33,171 nucleotides of DNA. Origin: Candidatus Avispirillum sp. Lineage in GTDB: Bacteria; Bacillota; Clostridia; Oscillospirales; CAG-272. How positions within the stretch are numbered: the stretch's first letter is position 1; each line of letters opens with the position of its first letter. The notes under the pieces are model-generated. The model searched no databases, was not told the DNA's origin, and saw only the letters and a list, made by a program, of their open reading frames with translations. This document shows positions 1 to 8,821 of this stretch, one piece after another. The translations under genes and the position numbers were made by a program. The stretch is taken from positions 1-33,171 of the forward strand of contig JAZQVW010000094.1 in assembly GCA_045632025.1 (NCBI GenBank), in the 5' to 3' direction.

Positions 1-802
1 TGTAGCCGTCGGGCATGATCATGGGACGGATATACTTGATTGTATAGTCGATACCCCACTGGCATCTTTCGTCCTTCCAGTAGTCAGAATGAGGCTCAAT
101 GGAAACTACGCCGTTGTAGTTCTTTGTGTAGAGCATATCCATAACTGCGCCCCAGTTTGTCTGGTCAAGGCCTGCGGGCGGATCATCATAGCGAACGCCG
201 TCAATGTAAAGAGAGCCCTTGATGTGGAAGTGGAATATCTTGTGGCCCCAATCGCGGATCTCGCGGAGGTAGTTTCTGTCGCCGCCGTGAGCGAAGCAAT
301 GAGAAACGTCGTACTTGATACCAAGCTCGGGAATAGCACCGAGAACGATCTCCCATTCCTTATCGCTGTAAACGAAGTTGTTCCAGCCGCAATTGTAAAC
401 TGCGATCTTTACACCCTTGGGACGAGCATATTCAACAAGCTCAGAGAAATATTCAATAGCCTTCTGGAGATTGTCATAGTAAGAAAGAGCTTCAACTCTG
501 TTGCAGCCGCAGCAGAATACGGGACAACCCATAATGCCTGCCGCATCAATACAATCCTTATCCTCGCTCATCATCTGAGGATTGATGCTGCCATCCTCAT
601 TAAGACGCATTGCGCCCCAACGTCCAACGGATGCAACGGGAAGACCGTACTTCTCGCTGAGAGCCTTTGTTTCGGGAGCAAGCTCCAAAAACTTCTTGCT
701 ATCGGAATAGAAATTGCAGCAGAATTCAACTGCATCAAGACCAAGATCCTTTGCATACTGGAAGCATTCTTCCTTCCAGCCTGTGATAATACCAAGTTTC
801 AT
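1..802 (-). CDS. Sugar phosphate isomerase/epimerase family protein (xylose-isomerase-like TIM barrel); 3' end lies beyond the left edge
   Basis: Absent from the ORF track because there is no stop in the window. Manual translation from ATG 802 (AGGAGG RBS upstream) gives MKLGIITGWKEECFQYAKDLGLDAVEF...LGIKYDVSH...KIFHFHIKG...DDPPAGLDQTNWGAV...VVSIEPH, which follows the AP-endonuclease-2/TIM barrel motif order. Confidence 0.8.
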   Translation of the reverse strand, partial: MKLGIITGWKEECFQYAKDLGLDAVEFCCNFYSDSKKFLELAPETKALSEKYGLPVASVGRWGAMRLNEDGSINPQMMSEDKDCIDAAGIMGCPVFCCGCNRVEALSYYDNLQKAIEYFSELVEYARPKGVKIAVYNCGWNNFVYSDKEWEIVLGAIPELGIKYDVSHCFAHGGDRNYLREIRDWGHKIFHFHIKGSLYIDGVRYDDPPAGLDQTNWGAVMDMLYTKNYNGVVSIEPHSDYWKDERCQWGIDYTIKYIRPMIMPDGY

Positions 803-836
803 TTTTGCCTCCTGATTTTTTATTTTGTCGGCACGG

Positions 837-2078
837 TTATCTTATCTGTCCGTCGCCGTTTATTACGTATTTTGTTGTCGTAAGAGCCTCAAGACCCATA
901 GGACCTCTTGCATGAAGCTTCTGAGTTGAAATGCCGACCTCAGCGCCAAGTCCGAATTCTCCGCCGTCTGTAAATCTTGTTGAAGCATTTACGTAAACGC
1001 AGGAGGAATCGATTCGCGCTGTGAAATATTCAGCCGAGCTTCTTGACTCCGTGATGATAGCCTCGCTATGTCCCGTGCTGTAATGATTGATATGCTCAAC
1101 CGCCTCGGAAAGAGAGGAAACCACCTTTATTGCAAGAATATAATCGTTATACTCCGTTTCAAAATCCTCCTCAGTTGCGCTCTTGCATCCGATGATCGCC
1201 ACCGTTTTCTCGCATCCGCGAAGCTCTGTTTCGCCAAGGGCTTCCTTTAATACGGGAAGGAATTTTCCCGCAACGTCCTCGTGCACAAGAAGAGTTTCAA
1301 TAGCGTTGCAAACGGAGGGACGGGAGTTTTTAGCATTTACCGCAACGCTGACAGCCTTATTCAGGTCAGCATCGCTGTGAACGTACAGATGGCAATTGCC
1401 AGCGCCCGTTTCAATAACGGGAACCTTGGAATTCATAACGACGTTCTGAATAAGTCCCTTTCCGCCGCGGGGAATGAGCACGTCAAGAACACCTCTCTGC
1501 TCCATCATAACAGAAGCGCCCTCGCGCTCTGTCATTTCAATGAGAGAAACTGTTTCCTCGGGAAGTCCGCAAGCTCTCAGCGCCTTTTTTGCACAGGAAA
1601 CGATAGCCATATTGGAGCGAAGGGCTTCCTTGCCGCCGCGAAGAACTGCCGCATTACCGCTTTTCAGGCAAAGGCCTGCGATGTCTGCGCTGACGTTGGG
1701 ACGAGCCTCGTATATAACGCCGACTGCGCCGAGAGGAACACTTATCTTCTTTATCTCCATACCGTTGGGACGCTTTGTTACAGTGCCTCCGCCAATAGGA
1801 TCGGGAAGCTCTGTCAGCTTAAGGAGCGCCGCTACGATACCTTCTATTCTCGCCTTTGTGAGAGTCAGTCTGTCGCACATAGCCTCGCTTGTGCCGCGCT
1901 CTCTTGCCGCATCAACGTCTGCCGCGTTTTCAGCGATGATATATTCCGTGTTTTTTACAAGCTCCTCGGCAAAGGAGGAGATGACTTTATTTTTCAGGGC
2001 AGTGTCTGCAAGAGCGATCTCGCTTGATGCCTTCTTCGCTCCAAGGCAAACTGCCTCAACGTATTCTCTTATGTTCAT
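837..2078 (-). CDS. proA: Gamma-glutamyl phosphate reductase (glutamate-5-semialdehyde dehydrogenase)
   Basis: Motifs VPLGAVGVIYEARPNV, LRGGKEA, RPSVCNAIETLL, NASTRFTDGGEFGLGAEVGISTQKLHARGPMGL. Overlaps proB by 4 nt. Confidence 0.97.
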   Translation of the reverse strand: MNIREYVEAVCLGAKKASSEIALADTALKNKVISSFAEELVKNTEYIIAENAADVDAARERGTSEAMCDRLTLTKARIEGIVAALLKLTELPDPIGGGTVTKRPNGMEIKKISVPLGAVGVIYEARPNVSADIAGLCLKSGNAAVLRGGKEALRSNMAIVSCAKKALRACGLPEETVSLIEMTEREGASVMMEQRGVLDVLIPRGGKGLIQNVVMNSKVPVIETGAGNCHLYVHSDADLNKAVSVAVNAKNSRPSVCNAIETLLVHEDVAGKFLPVLKEALGETELRGCEKTVAIIGCKSATEEDFETEYNDYILAIKVVSSLSEAVEHINHYSTGHSEAIITESRSSAEYFTARIDSSCVYVNASTRFTDGGEFGLGAEVGISTQKLHARGPMGLEALTTTKYVINGDGQIR

Positions 2079-2872
2079 TTTGCCACCTTAGGATCAAAAT
2101 AGGTTCCGATCTTTTCACCGTCAAGAATGCTGTAAAGCTTTAAGGGGTCGCGTCCGTTCATAATGATCATGGGGATCCCCTGCTCACCTACGATTCCTGC
2201 AGCCTTCAGCTTGGTTGACATACCGCCTGTGCCGCGGTCTGTTCCCGCACCGCCTGCAAAGCCGAGGATAGTGTCGTCAATCTTCTCAACTCTTGAAATA
2301 AGACGGGCATTGGGATTCTTTCTGGGGTCGCTGTCGTAAAGACCGTCAATATCAGTAAGATTTATAAGCAAATCAGACTCACAAACCGTTGCTACGTAGG
2401 CAGAAAGCGTGTCGTTACCGCCAAACTGAAGCTCTTCGGATGAAACAGAGTCGTTCTCGTTTACAATAGGCACACATCCGAGAGAAAAAAGAGTGCCGAA
2501 GGTGTTCTTTACAAGCTCAAGTCGATGGCTGTCGTCCACAACGTCCTTTGTCATAAGGATCTGACCGACGCTGTGTCCGTATGATGCGAAAAGACGCTCA
2601 TACAAACGCATCAGCTCTGTCTGTCCAACAGCCGCAAGAGCCTGCTTTTCAGCAAGGCTTCTCTTCTGCATGGGAAGTCCAAGCTTGCTGGCGCCCGCCG
2701 CAACCGCGCCGGAGGACACGAGAACTACCTCTTTGCCCGCATTTTTCATATCGGAAAGAACTCTTACAAGAGCCTCTATTCTGCGGATATTAAGTCTGCC
2801 TGTCTGCGCGTGAGTCAAGGTTGAAGAGCCTATTTTAACAGTTATTCTGTTGCATTCATGTATATTTTCCAT
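2075..2872 (-). CDS. proB: Glutamate 5-kinase, short form without PUA domain
   Basis: Motifs VKIGSSTLT, VSSGAVAAG, PIVNENDSV, GGNDTLSA, GTGGMSTKLKAA; 265 aa. Confidence 0.96.
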   Translation of the reverse strand: MENIHECNRITVKIGSSTLTHAQTGRLNIRRIEALVRVLSDMKNAGKEVVLVSSGAVAAGASKLGLPMQKRSLAEKQALAAVGQTELMRLYERLFASYGHSVGQILMTKDVVDDSHRLELVKNTFGTLFSLGCVPIVNENDSVSSEELQFGGNDTLSAYVATVCESDLLINLTDIDGLYDSDPRKNPNARLISRVEKIDDTILGFAGGAGTDRGTGGMSTKLKAAGIVGEQGIPMIIMNGRDPLKLYSILDGEKIGTYFDPKVAK

Positions 2873-2989
2873 TTTCTTATTGAAAAGACCTCTATGTTAC
2901 AAAAAATTTAAAGCAAAACTATTTATTTTTATTTCTTTATATATTATAATATAATGAATAATATTATAATTGGGTATACTGTTATTTTG

Positions 2990-3017
2990 ATTATAACACT
3001 ATTTGCCCGATTTTCAA
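2990..3017 (-). promoter_or_regulatory. Putative sigma-A promoter for proB-proA
   Basis: Minus strand reads TTGAAA-16 nt-TATAAT with TG immediately upstream of the -10 (extended -10). Confidence 0.55.
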
Positions 3018-3055
3018 GAGAATTTTATAAATTTTTAAGGAGCGTACATAAAACC

Positions 3056-3661
3056 ATGGAAAAGAAAAGATATGATCTTGAAATAGCTGACGTTGAAATG
3101 GCTATCATATCAGATGAAAGAGAAGAATTCGTTATGCGTCTTGCAAACGAGCTTGACTCCTCTATCAGATATCTTCTCAGACACAACAAGCGCTGCTCTA
3201 AGCTTGATGCTGCAATTCTTTGCGCGCTTGATTACTCCAGCGACAAGATGAAGGCTGAAAAGAGAGTTCGCAATCTTGAAGCACAGGTTGCTCTCTACGA
3301 TGCAAACATCCGCCGCCTCAGAGAAGAGGTTGCTCGTCTTAAGGGCGAAACATACGTTGGACCTGCAGTTGCAAAGGACGAGCCCGTTGACGAGGACGTT
3401 GAGGACCTTAAGGCTATCGACGGTGCAGAGGAAGCTGTAGAAGAAGCTCCCGCAGCTCCCGAAAAGACAGAGGAAAAGGCTGAGATTGCAGTTCAGCTCG
3501 GCATCGAGGAGGTTGCTCCCGCTCCCGCTGAGGAAAAGAGAAGCGATACATTCCGCCGCCTTGACGAGCTTATCACTCGCCGCGCGATCGAAGGCGATAA
3601 GCCCGAAACAGAAAGAGAGCAGAAGCTTCGCCAGATCGAAAACCTTCTCAGAAATAAATAA
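3056..3661 (+). CDS. zapA: Cell division protein ZapA family with long acidic C-terminal extension
   Basis: The N-terminal ~95 aa (KRYDLEIADVEMAIISDEREEFVMRLANELD...LDAAILCALD followed by a coiled coil) fit the ZapA pattern. Start moved to ATG 3056 behind AAGGAG. zapA-U32-dut is a familiar clostridial gene order. Confidence 0.75.
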   Translation: MEKKRYDLEIADVEMAIISDEREEFVMRLANELDSSIRYLLRHNKRCSKLDAAILCALDYSSDKMKAEKRVRNLEAQVALYDANIRRLREEVARLKGETYVGPAVAKDEPVDEDVEDLKAIDGAEEAVEEAPAAPEKTEEKAEIAVQLGIEEVAPAPAEEKRSDTFRRLDELITRRAIEGDKPETEREQKLRQIENLLRNK

Positions 3662-3688
3662 TTTGTTGACTTGGTGAAAGGAACTTTC

Positions 3689-5704
3689 ATGAACAACAAG
3701 CCTGAGCTTCTTGCTCCCGCAGGCAGCTTTGCAGCCCTTGAAGCAGCAATTGAGGGCGGAGCCGATGCCGTTTATTTCGGCGCATCCCAATTCAATGCCA
3801 GAATGAGAGCAGGAAATTTTGACGACGAGGAGGCACAGCGCGCAATAAAGCTTTGCCGCGCCTACGGAGTCAAAAGCTATATCACAATGAATATCCGCAT
3901 TTTTGACCGCGAGCTTACAGAGGCTCTTGAATTGGCCAAAAAGCTTTATACGTGGGGAGCCGACGCGCTTATTTTAGCCGATAACGGTCTTGCCCGCGAA
4001 ATCAAAAGAATACTTCCCGATTTTGAGATCCACGCCAGCACTCAGCTTTCAGGCCACACCGTCTCCGATGCACAGGCCCTTCGCCATGCAGGCTTTTCAA
4101 GAATGGTCTGCCCCCGAGAGATCTCGAAAAAGGAGCTTTTCCACCTTTGCGAAAATTCTCCCGTTGAGATCGAAATGTTCGTTCACGGAGCATATTGCGT
4201 TTCCTTCTCAGGCCAGTGCCTTATGAGCGCCGTTATGGGCGGAAGAAGCGGAAACCGCGGCAGCTGCGCTCAGCCCTGCAGACAGCCCTATTCTCTTGAC
4301 GGCAAAAAGGGATACCCCGTCAGCCTTAAGGATATGTGCCTTGCAGGCCACGTCACAGACATCATCGCCTCCGGCGTTGCCTCCCTTAAGCTTGAAGGCA
4401 GACAGAAGCCTCCGGAATACGTTTACGGCGTTACAAAAACCTATCGCCGTCTCCTTGACGAGGGCAGAAATGCAACTGATGCGGAGATCGAATACTTAAA
4501 GCAGCTTTTCTCCCGCCAGGGCTTCTCCGACGGATATTTCGCAAAAAATCCGAGAAATATGCTCGGCGTTCGCACGCTTGAAGAGTTTAACGCAAGCGAT
4601 AAAACTGCTTTTGAGGGTCTTAAACGAAAGGTTCCTGCCGACGTTTCAATAGAAGCTCGCGTTGGACAGCCTCTTAAGTATACAATGACAACCGAGCATC
4701 ACAGCGCAACCGTTTACGGAGACATGGTAAACGCGGCCGAGTCCGTTGCCTCTATGAGCGAAGACGATGCCCGCGCCTGTGCCGCAAAGCTTGGCAATAC
4801 TCCCTTTGTGCTGCGCAAATTTAATATAAGCTGTGATGAAAACGCCTTTATCTCCCGCTCAATGCTCAACCGCCTCAGACGAAGCGCGGCGGAGGAGATC
4901 GAATGCGGCGGCATAAGAAATGCCGAGGGCGTTAATGCAGAATATAAAAAGCCGAGAGCGACGACGGCAAACAAAATGGTGTTCACCGCGGAATTTGCCC
5001 ATCCCTCTCAGATCCCCGACCGTGCTGCCGACTTCTTCGAGGAGATATTCCTCCCCTCAGGCCGCCACACGGGCTACACTCCCATCCTGCCCCCTGTTAA
5101 TTTTGATCTGCAGAAGGATCATTACCCCGAGAGCGGCAGAGTTATGGTAAACACAACAGGTCAGCTCTATGAAGCCAAAAAACGAGGACTTTCTCCCGTT
5201 TCATCTCATAGAATAAATGCGTTCAACAGCGCAACAGCTTCTGTTTCACGCGAAATGGGCGCAGAATGGACTATCATCGCACCTGAGCTGACCGCACCTC
5301 AGATAAGAGATATTGCAGATGAAAGCAAAACTGCCATCATATACGGCAGATTGCCTCTTATGACTCTTTATCGCTGCGCTATCTCAGACGGAGGCAAAAA
5401 CTGCAAGAAGGACGGCGAGGGCTTCGCACGAGGCGAGGGCAGCACCTATTGCAAGAGCGCAATAGTGGACCGCAAGGGCGTTTCCTTCCCCATAATCGCA
5501 CTGCCTGATTGCACAAATATAGTTTATAACAGCGTTCCCGTTTATATGGCAGATAAGAAAAAAGAGCTTTCTGCTATGGGAATCTCACGCGGACATTTTA
5601 TCTTCTCCACCGAAACAAGGGAGGAATGCGAGGATATCATCCGCAGATATATGGAGGGACTCCCCGCACCGAGCGGAGTCAGCTTCACAAGAATCCAATC
5701 ATAA
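3689..5704 (+). CDS. U32 family protein, long form (RlhA-like Fe-S RNA hydroxylase, often annotated as peptidase U32)
   Basis: Motifs PELLAPAG, GADAVYFG, HASTQ, EMFVHGAYCVSFSGQC...GRSGNRGSCAQPCR (Fe-S cysteines), SLKLEGR. ATG 3689 follows GAAAGGA. Confidence 0.88.
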   Translation: MNNKPELLAPAGSFAALEAAIEGGADAVYFGASQFNARMRAGNFDDEEAQRAIKLCRAYGVKSYITMNIRIFDRELTEALELAKKLYTWGADALILADNGLAREIKRILPDFEIHASTQLSGHTVSDAQALRHAGFSRMVCPREISKKELFHLCENSPVEIEMFVHGAYCVSFSGQCLMSAVMGGRSGNRGSCAQPCRQPYSLDGKKGYPVSLKDMCLAGHVTDIIASGVASLKLEGRQKPPEYVYGVTKTYRRLLDEGRNATDAEIEYLKQLFSRQGFSDGYFAKNPRNMLGVRTLEEFNASDKTAFEGLKRKVPADVSIEARVGQPLKYTMTTEHHSATVYGDMVNAAESVASMSEDDARACAAKLGNTPFVLRKFNISCDENAFISRSMLNRLRRSAAEEIECGGIRNAEGVNAEYKKPRATTANKMVFTAEFAHPSQIPDRAADFFEEIFLPSGRHTGYTPILPPVNFDLQKDHYPESGRVMVNTTGQLYEAKKRGLSPVSSHRINAFNSATASVSREMGAEWTIIAPELTAPQIRDIADESKTAIIYGRLPLMTLYRCAISDGGKNCKKDGEGFARGEGSTYCKSAIVDRKGVSFPIIALPDCTNIVYNSVPVYMADKKKELSAMGISRGHFIFSTETREECEDIIRRYMEGLPAPSGVSFTRIQS

Positions 5705-5719
5705 TAAGTCGAGGACAAA

Positions 5720-6154
5720 ATGGAAAAGATCAGAGTTAAATACCTCAGCGACAAGGTTGAAAAGCTTTGCTACGTTGACGGAAAATCCGACTGGATAGAC
5801 CTTAGAGCAGCAGAAGACGTTGAAATGAAGGCAGGCGAATTCCGCCTTATCCCTCTCGGCGTTGCAATTGCGCTTCCTAAGGGATATGAGGCGCATATCG
5901 TTCCCCGCTCCTCCACATACAAGAACTTCGGCATCATCCAGACAAATCATATGGGCGTTGTTGACGAAAGCTATTGCGGCAACGGCGACCAGTGGTTTAT
6001 GCCTGCATATGCCCTGCGCGACACAAAGATCATGGCAGGAGACAGAATCTGCCAGTTCCGCATTATGGAGCATCAGCCCACTCTGGTTTTTGAAGAATGC
6101 GACGATTTAGGCTCTCCCGACAGAGGAGGGATAGGTTCAACAGGCAAAAGATAA
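5720..6154 (+). CDS. dut: Trimeric dUTP diphosphatase
   Basis: Motifs [32 protein letters not shown]. Confidence 0.95.
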   Translation: MEKIRVKYLSDKVEKLCYVDGKSDWIDLRAAEDVEMKAGEFRLIPLGVAIALPKGYEAHIVPRSSTYKNFGIIQTNHMGVVDESYCGNGDQWFMPAYALRDTKIMAGDRICQFRIMEHQPTLVFEECDDLGSPDRGGIGSTGKR

Positions 6155-6170
6155 ACCTTTTGCCTGTTGA
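6137..6170. other. Perfect 14-bp stem-loop with the dut stop codon in its loop
   Basis: TCAACAGGCAAAAG (6137-6150) pairs with CTTTTGCCTGTTGA (6157-6170); the loop ATAAAC contains TAA. Confidence 0.7.
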
Positions 6171-6172
6171 GC

Positions 6173-6295
6173 AATGCAGAATGCTGAATGTAGAATGTTG
6201 AATTGTTTTTGCATTCCGGCTTCTGCTGTAAATTGCTTTTTGCCCGAGGAAAAAAGCTACCGTAATTCTGCATTCTGCACTCTACATTCTGCATT
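6173..6295. repeat. Intergenic inverted-repeat element built from tandem heptamers (consensus AATGCAG)
   Basis: Left arm AATGCAG-AATGCTG-AATGTAG-AATGTTG-AATT (6173-6204); right arm AATT-CTGCATT-CTGCACT-CTACATT-CTGCATT (6264-6295). Confidence 0.9.
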
Positions 6296-6312
6296 TTATA
6301 AAAGGAACTTTT

Positions 6313-6882
6313 ATGAATAACGTTATCCTCGCCTCAGGCTCACCGAGACGACTTGAAATACTTACAATGGCAGGCTACAATTGCAAGGTCATAAAGCCTG
6401 AAACAGATGAAAATATAGAATATGCCTCAGCCGACGAATACGTTGCAGAGCTTTCCCGAAGAAAGGCTGCAGAAATTGCCGAAGACAACGAGGGCTGCAT
6501 CATTGCTGCAGACACAGTCGTTGTCCTTGACGGAAAGATCCTCGGCAAGCCTGCCGACGAAAGCGATGCCACGGCTATGCTTTCCGCCCTCTCCGGCCGC
6601 CGGCACTCCGTTTTGACCGGCTTTACAGTCCGCCGCGGAGATAAGGCGCACACCGAGGTTTCCGAAACCAAGGTTGTTATGAGAGCCATCACCGAAGCGG
6701 AAATAAAGGAATACGTTAATAGCGGCAACCCCATGGATAAAGCAGGCGCGTACGGCATACAGTGCGCCGCAGGAATGTTTATAGATAAGATAGACGGCGA
6801 CTACTACACGGTTGTCGGTCTCCCTCTCTGCCGCATTTCAGTTATACTCAGAGAACAATTCGGTATCACACCCGAGCTTTAA
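6313..6882 (+). CDS. maf: Maf family nucleoside triphosphate pyrophosphatase (YhdE-type)
   Basis: Motifs ILASGSPRR, AADTVV..DGKILGKP, LSGRRH, DKAGAYGIQ, VVGLP. Lies upstream of mreB. Confidence 0.95.
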   Translation: MNNVILASGSPRRLEILTMAGYNCKVIKPETDENIEYASADEYVAELSRRKAAEIAEDNEGCIIAADTVVVLDGKILGKPADESDATAMLSALSGRRHSVLTGFTVRRGDKAHTEVSETKVVMRAITEAEIKEYVNSGNPMDKAGAYGIQCAAGMFIDKIDGDYYTVVGLPLCRISVILREQFGITPEL

Positions 6883-6933
6883 TAGATAATAGGACATTTA
6901 ATATAAACGACAAAAGAAAGGTTTGGTTTTAAT

Positions 6934-7947
6934 ATGGGAAGAAGCATCGGAATCGATCTTGGCACCGCCAATACCATAGTTTACGTTAAAGGCAAGGGCA
7001 TCGTTCTTCGCGAGCCCTCCGTTGTTGCAATAGAAGAAAGAAGCAAAAAAGTTGTTGCCGTTGGTAACGAGGCTAAGCTTATGCTTGGCAAAACTCCCGG
7101 CTCCATCGTTGCGATGCGCCCCCTTCAGGACGGCGTTATTGCAGAATTCGACTTTACGACCGCTATGCTTCGCGACTTTTTCAAGAAGGCTGCAGGCTCA
7201 AGCCTTTTCAGCGGCCCCAGAGTTGTAGTTTGCGTTCCCTACGGCGTTACAGAGGTTGAAAAGAGAGCCGTTGAGGACGTTACTCTTGAAGCAGGCGCTC
7301 AGAAGGTTGCCCTCATTGAGGAGCCTATTGCGGCTGCTATCGGAAGCGGACTCCGAGTTGAGGACGCACGAGGCAGTATGATAGTTGACATCGGCGGCGG
7401 CACCACCGAGGGTGCAGTTCTCAGCCTTGGCGGTATCGTTCTTTCAAAGTCCCTTCGTATCGCAGGTGACGAGCTTGACGAGGCTATCGTTAACTACATC
7501 AAGAAGAAGCATAATATACTTATCGGCGAGGTTACAGCCGAAATGCTCAAGAAGAAGATCGGAAGCGTTCACCCCGCAGTTGACAGAGGATATATGGAGA
7601 TCCAGGGAAGAAACCTTCTCAACGGACTTCCCGCAATCATCAACGTCAGCTCCGTTGAGATCAGAGAGGCTATGCACGAGCAGATCGTTCACATCATTGA
7701 GGCTATCCGCTCCACTCTTGAGAACACTCCTCCCGAGCTTGCGGCAGATATCTACGACAACGGTATTATGCTGGCAGGCGGCGGCGCGCTCCTTGGCGGT
7801 CTTGACGCTCTTATCTCCTACGTTACAGGCGTTAAGGTTACTATCGCAAAGAATCCTCTTGACTGCGTTGCTATCGGTATCGGCCACGTTCTTGAAAGCA
7901 TGGGCGAGATCAGCGAATCCGTTCTTTTCAGAAATCGCGGAAGATAA
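6934..7947 (+). CDS. mreB: Rod shape-determining actin-like protein MreB
   Basis: Motifs IGIDLGTANT, EPSVVA, RPLQDGVI, IEEPIAAAIG, VDIGGGTT, GGGALL. Confidence 0.97.
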   Translation: MGRSIGIDLGTANTIVYVKGKGIVLREPSVVAIEERSKKVVAVGNEAKLMLGKTPGSIVAMRPLQDGVIAEFDFTTAMLRDFFKKAAGSSLFSGPRVVVCVPYGVTEVEKRAVEDVTLEAGAQKVALIEEPIAAAIGSGLRVEDARGSMIVDIGGGTTEGAVLSLGGIVLSKSLRIAGDELDEAIVNYIKKKHNILIGEVTAEMLKKKIGSVHPAVDRGYMEIQGRNLLNGLPAIINVSSVEIREAMHEQIVHIIEAIRSTLENTPPELAADIYDNGIMLAGGGALLGGLDALISYVTGVKVTIAKNPLDCVAIGIGHVLESMGEISESVLFRNRGR

Positions 7948-7978
7948 TTCAAATTTTTAAAGAAAGGTCAGCATAATA

Positions 7979-8821
7979 ATGAGGGATTTTTTCAGAAGTA
8001 GATTCTTCGCTGTTTTGGTTATAATCACCCTCTTTGCAACAATAGTGCCCTCAGTTCTTTATGCTATGGGCGTGGGCAATTATGCTCACAACGTCATCAA
8101 CCAGACGCTTGCACCTCTCCAGAAGATGTTTGCTTACGTTACTGAGGGGATCGACGGATACGTTGCCTATTTCACAGAGTTTGACCGCATCGTTGCGGAA
8201 AATAACGAGCTGAGAGAAAAAATAAACGAGCTTGAGGATCAGGTCTATTCCGCAAAGGAAATAGAGGGCATGAACGAATGGCTCTTTAACTACCTTGAGC
8301 TGAAAAGAGAGCACACAGACTATGTTTTTGAGCCTGCTAACATCACAAGCAACGGAAGCGGCAACTATATGACCGTTTTCACCCTTGACCGCGGCAAAAA
8401 CCATAATGTTGAGGTGGATATGCCCGTTATAACAAACGAGGGCATCGTTGGCTACATCGTTGAGGCGGGAAGCGACTGGTCTAAGGCTGTTACATTCCTT
8501 GAGGCATCAGCTTCCATCGGAGCTTATATAGAAAGAACAGGCGAATTATGCGTTATTGAGGGCGATCATTCCCTCTCAAGCGACGGCATATGCCGACTTA
8601 AATATCTGAGCGAGGACTCGGACGTTCAGGTTGGCGACAGAATACTTAGCAGCGGCTACGGAAGCGTTTACCCCAGAGGCCTCGTTATCGGCCACGTGAC
8701 CGAGATCGAAAAGGATCCCTACAGCCGCTCCATTATCGCATACGTTACTCCTGCCGCAGCGCTTACCACCGATCTTTCTAAAATAATGGTTATCACAGAC
8801 TATGAAACCTACTCAAAATAA
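7979..8821 (+). CDS. mreC: Rod shape-determining protein MreC
   Basis: N-terminal TM, coiled coil (AENNELREKINEL), TLDRGKNHNV..DMPVI...GIVG, GDRILSSGYGSVYPRGL.IG. Confidence 0.94.
   Translation: MRDFFRSRFFAVLVIITLFATIVPSVLYAMGVGNYAHNVINQTLAPLQKMFAYVTEGIDGYVAYFTEFDRIVAENNELREKINELEDQVYSAKEIEGMNEWLFNYLELKREHTDYVFEPANITSNGSGNYMTVFTLDRGKNHNVEVDMPVITNEGIVGYIVEAGSDWSKAVTFLEASASIGAYIERTGELCVIEGDHSLSSDGICRLKYLSEDSDVQVGDRILSSGYGSVYPRGLVIGHVTEIEKDPYSRSIIAYVTPAAALTTDLSKIMVITDYETYSK

Noticed and set aside
89-883. 264-aa plus-strand ORF
   Set aside because: Shadow of the real minus-strand TIM-barrel gene, which the ORF track omits because it has no stop in the window.
5242-5257. parS-like sequence TGTTTCACGCGAAATG
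   Set aside because: Three mismatches to TGTTTCACGTGAAACA and inside a coding region. I found no convincing parS despite the nearby parB.
6073-6294. 73-aa minus ORF beginning MQNVECRMQN
   Set aside because: Translation artefact of the heptamer repeat; it also overlaps dut antisense.
6173-6295. Possible CRISPR array
   Set aside because: Units are 7 bp, contiguous and inverted, with no spacers and no cas genes.
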